From Asterias rubens (taxonomy: Eukaryota), in the NCBI RefSeq assembly GCF_902459465.1, contig NC_047076.1, forward strand, positions 3,844,001 to 3,908,000: a stretch of 64,000 nucleotides of DNA. The letters run 5' to 3'. Shown one piece after another: positions 62,952 through 64,000 of this stretch. Positions within the stretch are counted from its first letter, which is position 1; each line of letters begins with the position of its first letter. The translations under genes were made by a program, and so were the position numbers. The notes below the pieces were generated by a model. It was not told the DNA's origin. It made no database searches and saw nothing but the letters and a program-made list of their open reading frames with translations.

Positions 62952-64000
62952 CAAATCAATACAACGACTTTGAAATTCTTGGTAGGGAATATTAGGTTTG
63001 TGGATAAATCATCCAGATGACGCATAAATTTAATTGTGTTGCAAAATAATACTTTTTTTAAATTACCGTTTTAAAAGGAAATCAAACTTTGTGATAAGGC
63101 TTTACAAAAGTTTGTTGTTCTATTAAAGTTTACTCTCCTACATGTATCTTTTCGCACGACTTCCTCATTAGTTGTTGCTTATTAATGTACTGATGTTACT
63201 CTCCTCAGGGTTCTAGGGTTTGTTCTAACATCAGAATAGAATAAAACACAATTATATGACTCTTAGACCGCTCTCTGGAGAAAGGGAACTTCAATACCTA
63301 AATACGAATAATCATCGTAACTCCATATAAGACCGCGGGATACATACCATGAAGGGATCGCGAATCTATTTGTTCCCGGCGCCAACTTTGTCCGGAAGAC
63401 ATGAACGATCCGCCGAGGCACGAAGTGTCATCTTGAGAAAATCCTCTCAATATTGGTTCAGAATTATGCCGAAAGGAAAAAGAGTTATTTGCACGCTCAA
63501 TAAAAAGACATTATGATTGAAGACAATATTTTAGGCGGTATTCGGATATTTTTGTCTGTCCAGGAGCGAATATCTTTCCGTGACGAGACACCTGGCCTGC
63601 TTTATTGACCGTGTTAAAGAAATGTGTGTCTGCATGACTGGAAGATACCGCCGGTACAAACGAAATGTGACAGGGTTTTAAAAGACGAGGAACAAGATCC
63701 GGATTACTAATCACGCTGAGCCGGATTTATCGGATCAGGAACGGATTTTGTAATCACATCCACGGCTGTTATGATCCGATGAAAATGTGTCTTTAAAGCG
63801 ATCTTTGAATTGAATCTATTCTTTGTTTGGATGTAGTATTTTAAACAAGAACCGTTACATTAATTTGTGTTTTACCCTAACACACCGATGTGTCAGCAAC
63901 TGTATAGACCATGTGAACCTTGTTTACAATAAGTGTGACCTTGTACATTCTTTTAGTATTCTGGCAGGTCACATACTACACTGGTCCTATGGGAAAGTTG

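Noticed and set aside
63440-63780. MPKGK start and acidic DEEQDPDY stretch suggestive of a transposase N-terminus
   Set aside because: Multiple stops and frameshifts, no catalytic motif, and no termini visible before the window ends.

Overview
AT-rich animal genomic DNA, not prokaryotic. From my recollection of similar repeats it is probably an echinoderm such as a sea star; this is an unverified inference. There is no confidently identifiable intact host gene, rRNA, tRNA or CRISPR array. The window is a dense mosaic of short non-autonomous DNA transposons. About 36 copies or fragments belong to one ~400-bp TTAA-flanked family (family A, Kolobok-like termini). There are several other TTAA-flanked families (B, F, G, K) and PIF/Harbinger-like families with CWG or TAA target duplications (C, D, E), plus palindromic elements, a degraded tRNA-derived SINE and diverged 100-240-bp tandem arrays. 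The only long, clearly recognisable coding sequence is a 5'-truncated L2/CR1-group LINE reverse transcriptase with a (TAT)n tail (61178-62257). Most ORFs in the supplied track are by-products of family A. The main observations are: family C repeatedly inserted at the same CTG inside the family-A terminal repeat; the LINE inserted at a family-A TTAA with a 7-bp target duplication; transposon-borne CTCF-like motifs; an F-box pseudogene; a 12-bp minisatellite with an antisense (IQNG)n plus hydrophobic-helix frame; and a 160-bp palindrome centred on a GAA triloop. Family letters are my own labels and all coordinates were counted by hand.
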